A stretch of 64,000 nt of DNA from the human T2T-CHM13v2.0 reference genome, Homo sapiens, in the NCBI RefSeq assembly GCF_009914755.1, contig NC_060926.1; one strand, given 5' to 3'. The notes beneath the pieces were generated by a model. That model saw only the letters and a list, made by a program, of their open reading frames with translations. It was not told the origin of the DNA and searched no databases. Of this stretch, positions 14,591 through 29,444 are shown in pieces. The position numbers and the translations under genes were made by a program. Position 1 is the stretch's first letter; the number at the start of each line of letters is the position of its first letter.

Positions 14591-17125
14591 CATTATTAAA
14601 CCAAAAACTTTTACTTGGAGCTGACTTCCTAAGAAAGTTTGTAATGAAAGATATCCTGTAGCAGAAAGACTCATGCATAATATGTTCAAAAGGGGTTCAT
14701 TAATGTCAGAAAAAATATCAAATAATTATTCAATGCATGTGTCAAGATCTGAATATACCACTGTTTATAGTTTTCTTTTATAATAAGTAAATCTTATCAG
14801 AGTGGTTTACAATATTGAACAAAAAAGTATAAGTTGAATAGAACACTCATAATTTTGGATTTACATAATGTGTGTAGTTTCACAGTTTTTACTAACATTT
14901 TTTTCTGAAAAGTTCTCAAAACCAGTTCCATCACACTGATATGTTTTAATAAATCAGAAAGTTATAACTAGGGTACAATTCACAATTTGTAATCTGTCAA
15001 TATTAAAATGTGATTAACCAGTTTGGTTCAATTAAAATGACTATAGCACTTGAAAATGTTTCTCTTTTTCCCTATGTCAAAATTTAATTTACCAAGGGCT
15101 ACAGTGGATTCTTCACAACTGCGACCTTCTGAATACACTGACTCAAGATAAAAGCAAATAAGTGATTACAAATAAGCTAGATAATGATATCTAGGAGGCA
15201 ATATATGAAAAAGCAAATCATATAATAAAAGTTCAGATATCCACTTTATTTGGCAAATTAGATATTTCAAAGTGTTTTGTTATGCCTTATTTCCATTTAG
15301 ATATTGTACTGTAGTGTTGATTCACATGTTAACACTATACTATTACTAAAACAATGATAAATACCTGTCTATCTACTGAAGCCTTCTGCAAAATTAACAG
15401 TTTTTGAAAATTGTAAATACATGAAATGTGAAGATGAAGGAAGAATATATAAGGAATCAAAAATATTCTATTGTAATTTGCCCACCAAATTATCAAAAAT
15501 TAAAACTAATATCCAATGCCTATAAGTGTGTGATGAAACTTGCCCTTACAGAAATTATGTAAAACACAGTCTGATAATATGACTCAACAATTTGAATGTA
15601 TAGATGCTATTTGTCCAGTCAACGAAAAACAGTGGATGTCAACCAGGTGTTGCAGGAATGATTCAGGCCCTGGAAAGAGAGCATGTTCAAAAGCAAAGTA
15701 AAAGTGCCTGCTTTTATGAAGTTTGCTTTCTAATGGGCATGGGCAATTAAGCAAATAAATAGTATGTCAGAAGGTGAAAAGTTTATAAATAAAACTAAGA
15801 TAGAATAAAAATGTACAGACTGATATTGGGGGAGCTATTTTATAAAAAGTGGTCAAAGAGAGCTTTTCTGAGAGACGACATTTGAGTTGAGCCCTAAAGG
15901 AGGTGAGAGGGTGCACTATGAATGTATCTCAGACAAGAGTGTACCAGGAAGAGCAAAGGGCAGATTCACAAGCCCTAGGGCCTGAGCATGCCTCAAGTTT
16001 AGAAGGAGAAGCAAGAAAGCCAGTGTGGATGGAGCCAGTGTGTGAGAAAAGAAAAGGACATGAAGTTAAAAAGATGGAAGAGAAGGGCCGAATTACAAAG
16101 AATAAGGATGTTTGATTTTACTCTGAGATAAAGGGCCAATGAAAGCTCTCAAACAGAGAAGTGACATGATCTAGCTTCCTCTGTAAAAGGATCACTGACA
16201 CTGCGTGAAAAAGAGCAGAGGTGGAAGAGTGGATTAGGGAGACCGTAGCAGGCCATGGCAGGTGGGAGTATTCCAGATGTGAGAGATGACAGCAGCTCGG
16301 ACCAGGGAGGTTGCACTGGATGTGGTAAGAAGTGATTGGATTCTAGATATATTTTGAAGGTAGATTCCACAAGATTTCCTGATGAATTGGATGTGGCTGT
16401 GAGTGAAAGTCTCTCAAGCTTTTAGAAGCTTCTGGTACAAGAAAATGACAGAATGGAGTTGTCATTGACCTAGAGGAGGAAATCTACAGGAAGAGACAGT
16501 TTTCCAGAAGGACAAAAGGGGAAAATTGAATTTGGTTTTGGAAATGTTCAGTCTGAGCAACAAGAGGTGTTGGATAAACTGTAGTTAAGTCTGGAGAGGT
16601 CCAGGCTGCAGATATAAATGTGGCACTAATCGGTAGAGCATGATAGATTGATGGAATATAGCACCATGATGCTGGATGTTATCACACGGGGCAGTAGCAC
16701 AGATAAAGACAATTAATCTGAGAATTCAGCACTGGGACATTCCAAAATTCCAATGTGTAAAAATAAGGAGAAATCATCAAAGAAAACTGAGAAGGAGTAG
16801 CCAATGAAATAGATGGAGAACCAATAAAGTGTTATTCTGGAAGCAGTAAAGAAAGTGTTCCAAAAAGAAACTTTAAGCTAAATGTTGCTAATGGGCCAAG
16901 AGAGATAAAGATGGAGAAGCGAACATTTGACTTGGCAATATGGAGGCCATCAATGACTTTTAACAACAGCAGTTTCAGTGTAGAAAGGGAGATATAAAAA
17001 AATTATTAGAGTGGATTCAACATCAGATGGAAGCAGAGCAAGTGAAAACCATGAGTAGTCAACCTTTAAGGAGTTTTACTGTAAAGGAGAACTTTGACTT
17101 ACAGGAGGATGACATAGGTTAAAAG

Positions 17126-17443
17126 ATTTTAATTTTTATTTATTTATTTATTTACTTTTTGAGACGGAGTCTCGCTCTTTCGCCCAGGCTGGAGTGCAAT
17201 GGCTGGACCTCGGCTCACTGCAAACTGCCTCCTGGGTTCACGCCATTCTCCTGCCTCAGCCTCCCGAATAGCTGAGATTGCAAGCGCCCACCACCACGCC
17301 CAGCTAATTTTGTTTTTGTATTTTTAGTGAAGACGGAGTTTCACTGTGTTAGCCAGGATGGTCTCGATCTCCTGAACTCATGATCCACCCACCTGGGCCT
17401 CCCAAAGTGCTGGGATTACAGGCGTGAGCCACCACGCCCAGCC
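17126..17443 (-). mobile_element. AluY
   Basis: gggttcacgccattctcc and ttagccaggatggtctcgatctcc; aagatttt repeated on both flanks. Confidence 0.95.
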
Positions 17444-17805
17444 AAGATTTTTATTTTTTTAACCTGAAAATATTATGGTACACTTATAGGCTGATCAGAA
17501 TTATACACTAGAGAGGGAAAATAATGCAAGCTAAAGCAGGCACAATTTTAAGAGTGATGTCCTTGAATGACAATATACTTTAGTATACAAGTAGGGGATG
17601 GTCTTAGACAGGCGCACTGACAGTTCATTGACTATAGCAGAAAATAATGCAAAGTGTAGGAAGAGATATGTGGGGCTGTAGACATAGTAGGGAAGGGCTC
17701 TTTTTAGTAATTCACTTGCTCAACAAAGTAGGAAGCAGGGGGGAAGGAAGCGTCTGAGGTTTGAGGAGGCAGGAAAAGGCTTAAAATAATCATTCATGGT
17801 TATAT

Positions 17806-17898
17806 TTAGGTTGATGGGAACGTAATTGCAGTTTTCGCCATTACTTTTAATGATTTTAATTACTTTTAAAACAGCAACTATGTTGGCACCAACCTAAT
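17806..17898. mobile_element. MADE1 (Hsmar1 mariner MITE)
   Basis: ttaggttgatgggaacgtaattgcagttttcgccatt ... tgttggcaccaacctaa, a pair of mariner inverted repeats. Confidence 0.85.
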
Positions 17899-18421
17899 AG
17901 GAAGTGCAGAGATTGGTGGACAACAAATAGGGTGCACTTGCAGTTTGTGGTCATACGTTTAGGGTAACAGCAGTCAGTATAATAGTGTGTTTTTCTCCAA
18001 CCGCAATCAGCTACATGAATGCAAGCATGAAATGATCAGAGTGGAATTTAACCAGGAATAAGATTTTTCGGGAAGTCTATACATGAGAGGGACAAGGGAG
18101 TTTAGTGAGTATGCAAGTGAGGGATATAATAATGGACTGTGGCATTTAAGCTTCTTGGGGGGACATGGGCACATGGGAGGAGCAGAAAGGAATGAGAGAG
18201 GCAGTGTGAAGGTACAAAGAATTGGAGGTCCCAGTAGGGAAGAAAAACTACTGTAGTTGAGGTGCTACAAGGACTACGCTGGAAAATAGGAGGCAGTGAT
18301 GGAAAAGTTGGTCACTTGAAATTTAGATTTGACCCAGCATACTTACTTCTGGACATTTGTCCTAAGAAGAAAGACGAAATATGGGAAAGCTGTTTCCTAG
18401 TGTTTATAATAGCCCTAAACG

Positions 18422-18462
18422 ATCTACAGCCATACCACTCTCAATACACCTGATCTTGTCTG
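18422..18462 (+). pseudogene. 5S rRNA 5' fragment (about nt 1-41), tailless pseudogene
   Basis: atctacagccataccactctcaatacacctgatcttgtctg vs 5S GTCTACGGCCATACCACCCTGAACGCGCCCGATCTCGTCTG; most differences are CpG decay. Confidence 0.85.
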
Positions 18463-19442
18463 CTGTGGTTTTATGAGATAGAATGTTATTTTTCCCAAAC
18501 ACTTTACATTTTCCTACTACCTTGCATATTCTCATACTTTTTCCTTGACTATCATTCTCCTTATTGCTACTTAATAAAATCCTTCAAGATACCAGGTAAA
18601 TGCCACTTTTCCTACCAGTTGTTTCTTATTTCTCTATGCACTTGCAGAGGACCACTCAGGCTTTTTATCTCATTCTACATTGTGCATTCAGATGTCTAAC
18701 AGTAACATTAAGATTCCTTGCTTAAGAGTTGGCATATGTTCGGCCCATTAAACTCCATGCACTCATGACCTTTATTATTATTGCCATGACCTGATGCCCC
18801 ACTGCTTGATCATTGCTTTTAGAGGCTAGTCTGATCATTTCCTATCATCTTGCTTTGCCTTGCCAATATCAATACAGTTGCCCCATGACCAAATCCCTTT
18901 AGATTTGTGAATTTTTTTGTCCAGTGGGATAATTTCCAGTCTTGACCACAAAACTTCAGGCTTCCTCTCCTCTACCTATTTCATACTAAATTGGACTACA
19001 CTATAATTATTTATACCAATATCTAATTATTTATGTGATTATTTGTGTCAAACTCTAACTCTCATACTAGCTTTTAAGTGCTCGACTTCTTAAGGTTTAC
19101 AACTATATTTTTATCCATCTAAAAAAGCAAGCATCAAGCTCTAAATATGATAGAAGCTCAGTACATTTTATTTTGAACAGGTGAGTGAGTTTGTGAATGA
19201 GTGAACTGATGGATGATAAATGGATCTCTTTATACTTTTGGCTTTCAAATCTAAACATCACATAAAATTTTTAGTAATAGCAAGATTCTATCAAACTTTC
19301 TGAAATTCTGAGCTTAGCTCCAACCTATTGATGAAAATTATTTACGGTTATAGATCATATTATAAATTATCACTTTTGCCTATCTGACCTTAAAACAACT
19401 CTGGATGAAGAGTAAAATATTCACCTTGTGAATTAGTTTCAC

Positions 19443-19506
19443 TTAGAGAAGAATCAACTTTTCTGTCATGAGCTTTAGAGAAGAATCAACTTTTCTGTCA
19501 TGAGCT
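19443..19506. repeat. Perfect 32-bp tandem duplication
   Basis: ttagagaagaatcaacttttctgtcatgagct x2. Confidence 0.95.
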
Positions 19507-20003
19507 TTTGTGAACAATAAACTTTTGTTTATTGTTATATTTTTAAAACAAGGCTAACTAAATTTTTTTGATGCAGTGAAACATGTTTTTATAAAGTCTG
19601 ATTCTCAGAAAGATTCTGTGACAAGAGATATCCACATACTAAAAAGTCATTGGCACTTCCTTTGCTATGCACATACTAAAACGTGTGGGGAACTACACAG
19701 TTTCCAGGCTTAGAATCAGTGTCAGTGTAATGCCCACATGTACAATTATGGTGGCAAAAAAAAAAAGGGCAGGGACCAGCAGGCTTTTCAACCACACTTC
19801 TTTTATTGCATAAAACATCTACTCTGTGCTTACATCATCCTAATCATTACAACAGCTGTAAGACCCCAAACAACAAAACACTACCAGAAACTTACAAAAC
19901 AAAAACTTTAACAATTAGTCAAAGCATGCCTTGCTATACCTAGTTTTTAAATCACCCCTTAACTGCATAAATTTTAATCGGCAAGAGGACTTTCTCGACT
20001 AAC

Positions 20004-20711
20004 TTTTTTTTTTTTTTTGGAGAGACAGTGTCTTACTATACTGGTTAGGCTGGTCTTTTTTTATATATATATACTTTAAGTTCTAGGGTACATGTGCACA
20101 ACGTGCAGGCTTGTTACATATGTATCCATGTGCCGTGTTGGTGTGCTGCACCCATTAACTCGTCATTTACATTAGGCATAGCTCCTAATGCTATCCCTCC
20201 CCGCCTCCTCACCCCGTGACAGGCCCCGGTGTGTGATGTTCCCCTTCCTGTATCCAAGTGTTCTCATTGTTCAATTCCCACCTATGAGTGAGAACATGCA
20301 GTGTTAGAACTAGAAATACCATTTGACCCAGCAATCCCATTACTGGGTATATACCCAAAGGATTATAAATCATGCTGCTATAAAGACACATGCACAAGTA
20401 TGTTTATTGCGGCATTATTCACAATAGCAAAGATTTGGAACCATCCCAAATGTCTGTCAATTATAGATTGGATTAAGAAAATGTGGCACATATACACGAC
20501 CGAATACTATGCAGCCATAAAAAAGGATGAGTTCATGTCCTTTGTAGGAACATGGATGGAGCTGGAAACCATCATTCTCAGCAAACTGTTGCAAGGACAG
20601 GAAACCAAACACCACATGTTAGGCTGGTCTTGAACTCCTGGCCTCAAGTGATCCTCCTGCCTCAACCTCCCAAAGTGCTGGGATTACATGTGTGAACCAC
20701 TGAGCCCAGGC
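20004..20711 (-). mobile_element. FLAM/Alu left monomer split by an L1 insertion (pieces 20004-20057 and 20618-20711)
   Basis: Poly-T, gagacagtgtcttactata...aggctggtctt, then resumes gaactcctggcctcaagtgatcctcc. Confidence 0.85.
20058..20617 (-). mobile_element. L1PA5/6-like insertion with 5' inversion (twin priming)
   Basis: 3' UTR on - strand (20058-~20305), ORF2 end on + strand (~20306-20617); TSD gttaggctggtctt at 20044-20057 and 20618-20631. Confidence 0.92.
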
Positions 20712-22329
20712 ATGGACTGTATTTTGCAATGCATGCTTTACCACTGTTTGAAGAAATTCCAGATCATGGCATGTGAACAATTATATAAACAGAGAATGAT
20801 AATGTTCCTTAATTTGGTGGCTTTGTTAAGTCCTTCAGAAATGTACATTCAAAACAATCGAGGTAGGCTTTAAAGGAGCATTCAAAATCATTAACTGAGT
20901 CTTCAACTGAGTCATTTATTATAATTTGAAGAAGGTTGAATGGTCTTTACTGGGATGTCTCTTGAGCAAAGGTAACCTTTTATCATCTACATATCCAAAA
21001 GCCTTAGAACTGTCAATTTTGTTCTCTCATCTAAATGTGTAGTAAGCTTACAAGATCATTTGGATTCTACAAAAAAAAAAGAAAAGAAAAAGAAACTGTG
21101 TAGACTATGGACTACACAGAAAGATTTATACCTTCTGTTACTTAATATAATTGATCATACTCTCCACACCCAATGCTCAGCCCCTCTGCCCAACCACCAT
21201 CCCTTAGCCCAGATAATACAAATGGCGAGCCCACAGTTTTGGCTTGCAGACATGAGTAACTGTTTAAGAAACATACTGATGTCAGCATTGTGTCTTTTAT
21301 GGTTTTCTTCCCATTGTCCCTTCACACTCTCTGGATTTCTTTGTCTCCACCCCTGGATGAATCCACCTCCCACAGACATTCTGGCTCCTTTTAGTCACAA
21401 GATGGTTCTCATCTCAGAAGTCAAAATGCCCAACGACCAATGTAATAATCAGAATTCCATTTTTTTTTTCAAAGCGAAGAATCTGAAAAGCCTTACCCTC
21501 CCTCCCAAGCCCAGGCCTGCTTCCACTTGGAATCTTCTTCCTCTCCAACTCTCCAACTTACTAGGCTCCAGGGGAAAGGAATTAGGAGAAACAGCACACT
21601 TTTATATAGCAGATGCAATTGGTTCCTTGTGTTGGTTCCTTCTAGATGCTGAATTTGTCTCTTGTGAGATTCCCTTCTCCCAACAGAATTCTTGGATTTT
21701 TTTAGCTCTTTCCTCTGTGGTCTTCTCACTGCAGTTTCTAAGGCTATCCTCTACCTGACCATTAAGGACTCCCTTTCTCATCCCTAGCTTCAGTGGTCCA
21801 CTCTGTCGGGGGTGCTCGGCACTTCCAGGCAGTCATCTTAGGCAGGATCTCTTGAATTGGTCCAGGCTGACTTCTTTCTAAGGTGCACGTGGCCGGCAGA
21901 GGGACACGTGCCCCTGACATTAGTACAAGCCCATTGGATCTTCTTTCTCCTTGCTGACAAAGGCAGCTCCAGTCACAGTCTCTTGGCTTTAGCCTTTTCC
22001 TTGGGGTGGTAAGGGTACCTGCATACTGACAGAGCTCACTTCAAATAAATCCTGAAATCCTCCCTTTCAGTATCTCATTCGATACAGACCAGAGGAGGCC
22101 TGTCTCTAATGCTAGAGAACCCATTTTGCACTCACTTAGCTATCCTCTATGGGTGGTCCAGCATGTAGAATCTGGCTTTGGTTGGCACCTTTTGAAATTT
22201 TCTTGGCCTTCAGTGCTTCAGCCAGGGCTAAAATGGAACCAATCCCATTTTAACATGCTGTAACACATGGGTTTTATTTAGTCTTCATAGTGTTGACCCA
22301 ATCAGTGATTTTTAACGCTGTGATTTGTT

Positions 22330-22521
22330 TGCTAACATTTTTAAATCAAAGGATTATATATTTTAAAATATGGACCTTTAACTTTCCTCTAAAAGAGAAA
22401 GTAAAGGCCCCTTAGCCTCCTGCCCCAAGAGGCAACAAGTAGTCTCTGAGCTGCTACAGTCAGCAGCCACCCCCGCTCCTTCAAGTATGGCCCCTGATAG
22501 AATTTGAGTTTGAGACGCCTG
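22330..22521 (-). mobile_element. hAT-Charlie MITE (MER102-like)
   Basis: Terminal atttgagtttgagacgcctg. Confidence 0.5.
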
Positions 22522-22986
22522 TCCTATCCCTCTCTCCATCCAAATCCTACCCTTCATTAAGATTCATCTGAAATCTCCTCGAGAGACAGACTGATATAAA
22601 AGAAAGAGCAAAAATATTTAAATCCCACTCTATAGTCCAATGTCAGTATAATTTCATGAAGTTATCTAATCTGGAGTGTCAATGCACTGTTCTTCAAAAT
22701 GGCAAAGGCAATATTACTTTACAAGGCTTGTATGGAGATTTAGTGGGATAACAAATACAAAGTTGCTGACATACAACAGATATAAGTCCTCTCAACCATA
22801 AAGAAAAACACATATCTTCCAAATTTTATAATGTACCCCCAATTAATAGGAATTTGTTTTATCTACCCTATTAGAGGAAAGACTGTCTTTTATTTTTTTA
22901 TCTCTTAAGTAACCTAGTTTAATATTAAACATGTAATACAGGTTCATACACTCACTGCAGAGATATTACTTAAGAGATAATATTAA

Positions 22987-23026
22987 ACTAGGCTACAAAA
23001 TATTGTACTAGGCTACAAAATATTGT
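22987..23026. repeat. Perfect 20-bp tandem duplication
   Basis: actaggctacaaaatattgt x2. Confidence 0.95.
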
Positions 23027-23257
23027 CCAGCATTTAAATACTACCAAAGACTGCTAGGAAAAAAAGCCTTAAAAGGAAAACATGTTGATCACATTGTTAT
23101 TGTATTTTAGATAATCATTCCATTTGGAAAACAAATTGTAATGTGGTTATGTATCTTTTTTATTATTATTTTCTTAACGAAAAGAAGCAGTAGAAATAAA
23201 AATACTGAAAGTGACAAAAACTGGGATCTGGTTATAGCTCTGTCACAAACCGTTATT

Positions 23258-23736
23258 ATGATAGATAATTTAGGTTGACTCATTCTATTTGGAGAGATTT
23301 GAAAGCTAAAATCTATATCCCTGGGCCATTTTAGCTAGGCTTCTAACGTGAATTAGGTACTGCCAATTGAAAGGGGCCTGAAAGCATTTGGAAGGCAAAG
23401 TGAGGAAGAGCCATCTTTCTGCTGCTATTTTGGCTGACAAACAAGGTCATGAGACAATTGTATTGGCTGGACTTTGCCTTTGCATGTCTAGCCACTGGCT
23501 CCATAGGTATCTAGAGGCAGCGGACTGATAGCAGCAGTAGTGATGGCAGCCCAGAGGCAGTAGCTTCCTGACTGAATCACAGCTAAGCTTTTAACTTGCT
23601 AATCCAGTAGTGGCCCTGACTTCCGGCTCCTATAGACATTCCTGTGATTTTGTAAGCAACTAATTCCTGTATTGAATCCCTTTCTGTTTCAAATACCAGT
23701 GGGTTTTCTTTCCTGCACTGAACCCTATATGATACA
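23258..23736 (+). mobile_element. ERVL solo LTR (LTR33-like) inserted in a MIR
   Basis: 3' end ttcctgtattgaatccctttctgtttcaaatacc...ctgaaccctatatgataca; MIR-like flanks. Confidence 0.7.
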
Positions 23737-24532
23737 ATTACTTTAAGGTTACTTATTTTGGCTTCCTTATATGATAAATGGAGTTGGTATATGGTCTTAC
23801 TTCACAGAGTTTTCCAGACAATTAAAGTGAAAAAAAATTTTAATTTATTTTAAATTATTGAAAAACTTTAGTGCATCTCTTTTAACCATGGCCAATTGAA
23901 TACATGTATTTATCATTGTTATCTCCTAAAACTCCACTAACATGACAGTAAAAACAAAACATGTTATAAATCCCTCAAAAGGACAGTGTGAATAGGAAAG
24001 AAGTAACAAAATCCAAGAGAATCAATTCGTTTTCGGGAGTGTGGAAACTAGGTGGAGGGGTGGAAACCTTAGCAAAGGATGACAGCAGAAACAAGGGTTT
24101 CACCCTAAAGATCCCTGAAAAGATGCAGGAATTGAAGGCACCAGGTATCACAGCAGTCAGGGAAGCAGAGTGGTGCTGAAAGTGGGGTTTTGGCTATGTA
24201 AAGACAAGGTAAGTCCTTAATTTCCTCCTCAGTACCTGGTAACTATTGTTCCCATGTCGCTTTGGGAAACAAGGTGTTTGTTTTCTTGTGAAATTAAACC
24301 ACAGAGGTGAGAGAGGTTAAACTTCTATTCTTAATAAGTAAAAACTACATAATGAATGTTATGGCCCCAACGTTTTTCCTCATTCCGTTCTAGAACAGAC
24401 ACAAAAAGGCTTAGACATACTAGACAGGATATTAGATTATTTGCCCTTATAGAAAATACATAGCTCCAAAGAAAGACCTGTGGACACAGGTACCGGCATT
24501 TGGTAACCACCCAATTAAAAGACAGAGCACCC

Positions 24533-24885
<353 letters not shown>

Positions 24886-25348
24886 TCACACTGAATGTCA
24901 ATGAGCTCTGCAGTGTCTCACTTTGCAATGCGAGAAGGCAGCCAAGAATCACCAAACCTCTGAGGAAAGCCTTTAACATGAAAGATACACTGAAGTGAAC
25001 ACAAAGAAAGTGGCACTCCAGAGAAAAAGTCTATTCATATAGAAGAAGAATTGTTAATCAACTAAAACAATTTCAGAGCTATAAAAATTATTATATACAT
25101 AGCAAAAGAATGGAATGCTACAAATAAGAATCAAAGTAAGAATGTTATCAGGTCTCAGAAAAGTATTAGAAAGGCTGAGAGATAGATGTTAAAGTTTTGT
25201 ATTTTTTTAAAAAGGCAAAAATTGGCAAGAGGAGAAAAAAATATAAGAAAATTTCAGGCTTAATCCAAGAGGTGCAAACTAAAAATCCCAGAAAGAAAAA
25301 AAAATAAGAAAAAAAGTTATCAAATTAAAAAAATGAAATATTCTCCAT

Positions 25349-25401
25349 ACTGAAAGGCATGTATTTCCAGACTGAAAGGCATGTATTTCCAGACTGAAAG
25401 G
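25349..25401. repeat. 22-bp tandem duplication (2.4 units)
   Basis: actgaaaggcatgtatttccag x2 plus actgaaagg. Confidence 0.95.
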
Positions 25402-25435
25402 ACCAGTCAATTTCCCAGTATCAAAATTACCCTAA

Positions 25436-26296
<861 letters not shown>

Positions 26297-29087
26297 TAAG
26301 GTTATTATCACGAAATTCCCGAACAGCAGAAATAAGAAAAATTCCTGGCTTATGAGGGTTGGGAAGAACATCACACAAAAAGAAGACTGAAAGGCCTCAG
26401 GCTCCTTGATAGCAATACCGAGAGTTAAAAGGCAATGAACTGGTATCTGCAAAATTCTGAGAGAAAGTATCTTTTACTTATGTTTGAACCAACTAACCTG
26501 TATCAAAATAAATATATCTTCACATATGAATTCATTTTTACACATGTATTTCTCAAGTGCCCTATCTCAGGAACTATTGGAGAAGCTCATCCCCTAAACA
26601 GGGTAAACAAGAAAGGATGAGATCCAGGAAACAGCAAACGCAATTCATGAGAGTGCTGGAGGGATTTCCCAGAATGAAAGCAAAGGGCAGTCCCAGGGGA
26701 TGGCTGTGTCTCCAGCTTTAGCGAGTCCCAGTTGGAGCTGGGGGACAAAGATTTGAAAAACAATACAATACCAATTAAAAACAACAAAAACAAAATGTCT
26801 CTAAGGAAAAGAGTGGGACAGAAGAAGCACATGATGGTAATATATTGAAGGGTTTTGCACTTCTTTCGGTGAACTCAGAAAGAATTAGTGATAGGTTTGC
26901 AGTAATCAAGTCCAACAAAGTAACAATTAAAATGAGATATTTATTAATTCCAGGAAAAACAAGAAGTTATACTCCATAGGAACATATTCATACTTTACTA
27001 CTTGGCTCAGAAGTGAAGCCAATTCAGTCATAAGACTACAAACCTCAAATACTGATTCACTGAAGTGGTCATAGAACTACATTGGGAGGAGGGTCAGTCA
27101 GGAGGGGGTGGCAGGAGCTTGGTCTAAAAATGCTCAACTTTCATCCATGTTATATGAAATCAGTAAAGAATATTTAAAATAGATAAATCAAAAAACAACA
27201 ACATTAAATTATTATTTAAAAATAAGGAAAAGCAGAAAAAGGATCTCCAGGAGCTGAGAAAAGTTTAATCTATCAGCCAAAAAATGCAAAGTATTACTGA
27301 TGGGAACATCTCACTAAGGGTCCAAGAATTGCAAGAATTACTTTGGGATAAGCAGCCTGACACTAAACTTCAAATAAGAGCCACCCTCCAATGCCAAATA
27401 AGAAATTCAACCAAAACTTCAAAAGATTTTTTTAAATATTGACATAACTCACATATAATTATCCCCAAATTAGCTTATTGCATGAAAACAGAAGATTCCA
27501 TTTCCAAAAGGCCAAAAGTAGATGTAAAATCTATCCAGTGACCTCAACATGGCAGTCTTACAACTGTTTAACATTGTGACCCAGCAAATTCTATATATAA
27601 TGACACTAATTGTGACAAAAATCAAAATAAACAATGACTTTCACTTCTCCTCACACCTGATCAACACTGTATTGTAGTTAGTGAATAGCAGTTGCATCTA
27701 CACCAATGTACATAATTTTGTATCATTGTTTTATGTGTGTATGTGTGTAGCTATTTTGTTATAAAATTTCAACCAAAACGAACTTCAGTCTTGGTAACAA
27801 AATCATCAGAAAAAGGAACAATTAATTGCTTGCTGAGCATGTGCAAATTTACAAAACAATTTGGCTTTTCAGATGGAATTTGAAGGCCTGAATTATTTAA
27901 GTCAACTGAAACTACTACTACTGTGAATAGAGGCACAACGACCCTTATATAGTGACATAATCATCACATCCTTCTGGTTAATAACATATTTCACAGCAGT
28001 CCTTCATTGCATGCTTGGCCTGTTGCTACTGATCCATACTTTAAATTTGCCATCCACCACCATCAACACCACAAAGAATAAAGCTCAGTCACTAAAGCAA
28101 GGTGAAGGAAAAACCCTGTTATGAGTTTTGATGACACTGTTTAAGTGTAACTTCTATTGTTGTATAGGCAATACTTTAAAAGCTGTGGTCAAGGAAAAGC
28201 ATCCTAAAAATTAGATCTGCCTGCTTTGTTTTCTTTTCAGGAATAGCCATGCTTTCAAACAGCCTCTTCTGTTTTGAAGAGAAAGCCTCCTAATGAAATG
28301 TAAAGGTGCTCACAGAAGTCTTCTACAGAGGAAAATAAAATCTCCTACCATATATTCATTTCACAAATTATATTTCTTGTGTAAGCTTGTCTAATTCAAT
28401 ATGTGTTTATTATATCATTTTGTGCCTTTAAGAAGAAAAGGTCACTGATTCTAGTGCCCTATTCTAGCAATTCATTACCGTCTTCTCTACCACCAATTCA
28501 TTGACCTCACCCACTTTCTCCCTGTCCATACTTCCTCCCATGTCCTCATTTCTCTCCCTACCCAACTTAGATCTCATGGTCAATCTAGGTTTAACACCCT
28601 GTCCTTTAAAGAGGCCCTCAAGCTCCAGTTTTCCCTCTCTTCATCCATCACACTTATGTTTTCTGGCAAAATATGAACTCTGTAAACCTAGTTCTGAATC
28701 TGCCCTGAACCTCTGAGCCTGCATGGAAACAGCTGAACTGAACGTAACAGGAAAAAAGGCACACAGGGACACAGATCTGACTTTAAATACGACACCGCTG
28801 GCAGGCCCTCAGACTGCCTGCCCTGTCCACCTCCTGTCCTCAGCCACACTCCTCTCAGGTGACTCCATCTTCTCCTCCTTCCTCAAATGCCTCTTCAAAT
28901 AGCCTCTTCTTTAATTTCGCTGAGTAAATAAAAGTAACCAGAGTTTTCACCTATCTATCTGCAAATGTTCCCAAACATTCTGTCTTCCCTCTTGCTATCA
29001 TAGATAAGCCGCCCTGCTCCTAGACTTAGGTGACTGCTGAAAGAGGTAAAGACATAAGTCCCCTTACTGCTCACCTACTCTCTTTCG

Positions 29088-29140
29088 TGTGTGTGTGTGT
29101 GTGTGTTTGTGTGTGTGTCTGTGTGTCTGTGTATCTGTAT
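29088..29140. repeat. (TG)n microsatellite, imperfect
   Basis: Direct reading. Confidence 0.9.
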
Positions 29141-29444
29141 CTGTGTCTCCATTGTTTTTCTTACTCTCTACAGACCTGTAAATGTTAGAATGCCAGAGAG
29201 CCCTCGATCCTCTTCTCACTTATACCAACTTTCACTCCCTGAACGTTCTCATTGAGTCCTGTGATTTTAAATACACCCATATATCAACAACTCCAAAATG
29301 TATGTGTTCAGCCCTGACCCCCTATCTGTCCAGCTATGTATGTATTTGTTAAGGCCACTTGAGCATCTAATGGGCATCCCAAAAGCATGGATTTAAAAGA
29401 GGTTTTTATTTCCACAGCCATCCTCCCCATTTCAGGAAATAGTA

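Larger units (their letters stand above)
15610..18320 (-). mobile_element. L2 (long, decayed), interrupted by AluY and MADE1
   Basis: L2 antisense hallmarks: ggattctagatatattttgaaggtag, gatttcctgatgaattggatgtgg, tttggttttggaaatgtt. Confidence 0.85.

Noticed and set aside
21060-21758. 232-aa ORF
   Set aside because: TTG start, poly-K from an A-run, no recognisable domain or supporting gene structure; most likely a chance frame.
28220-28310. Strong + strand acceptor tttgttttcttttcag
   Set aside because: No convincing donor or open frame, and opposite to the inferred host strand.
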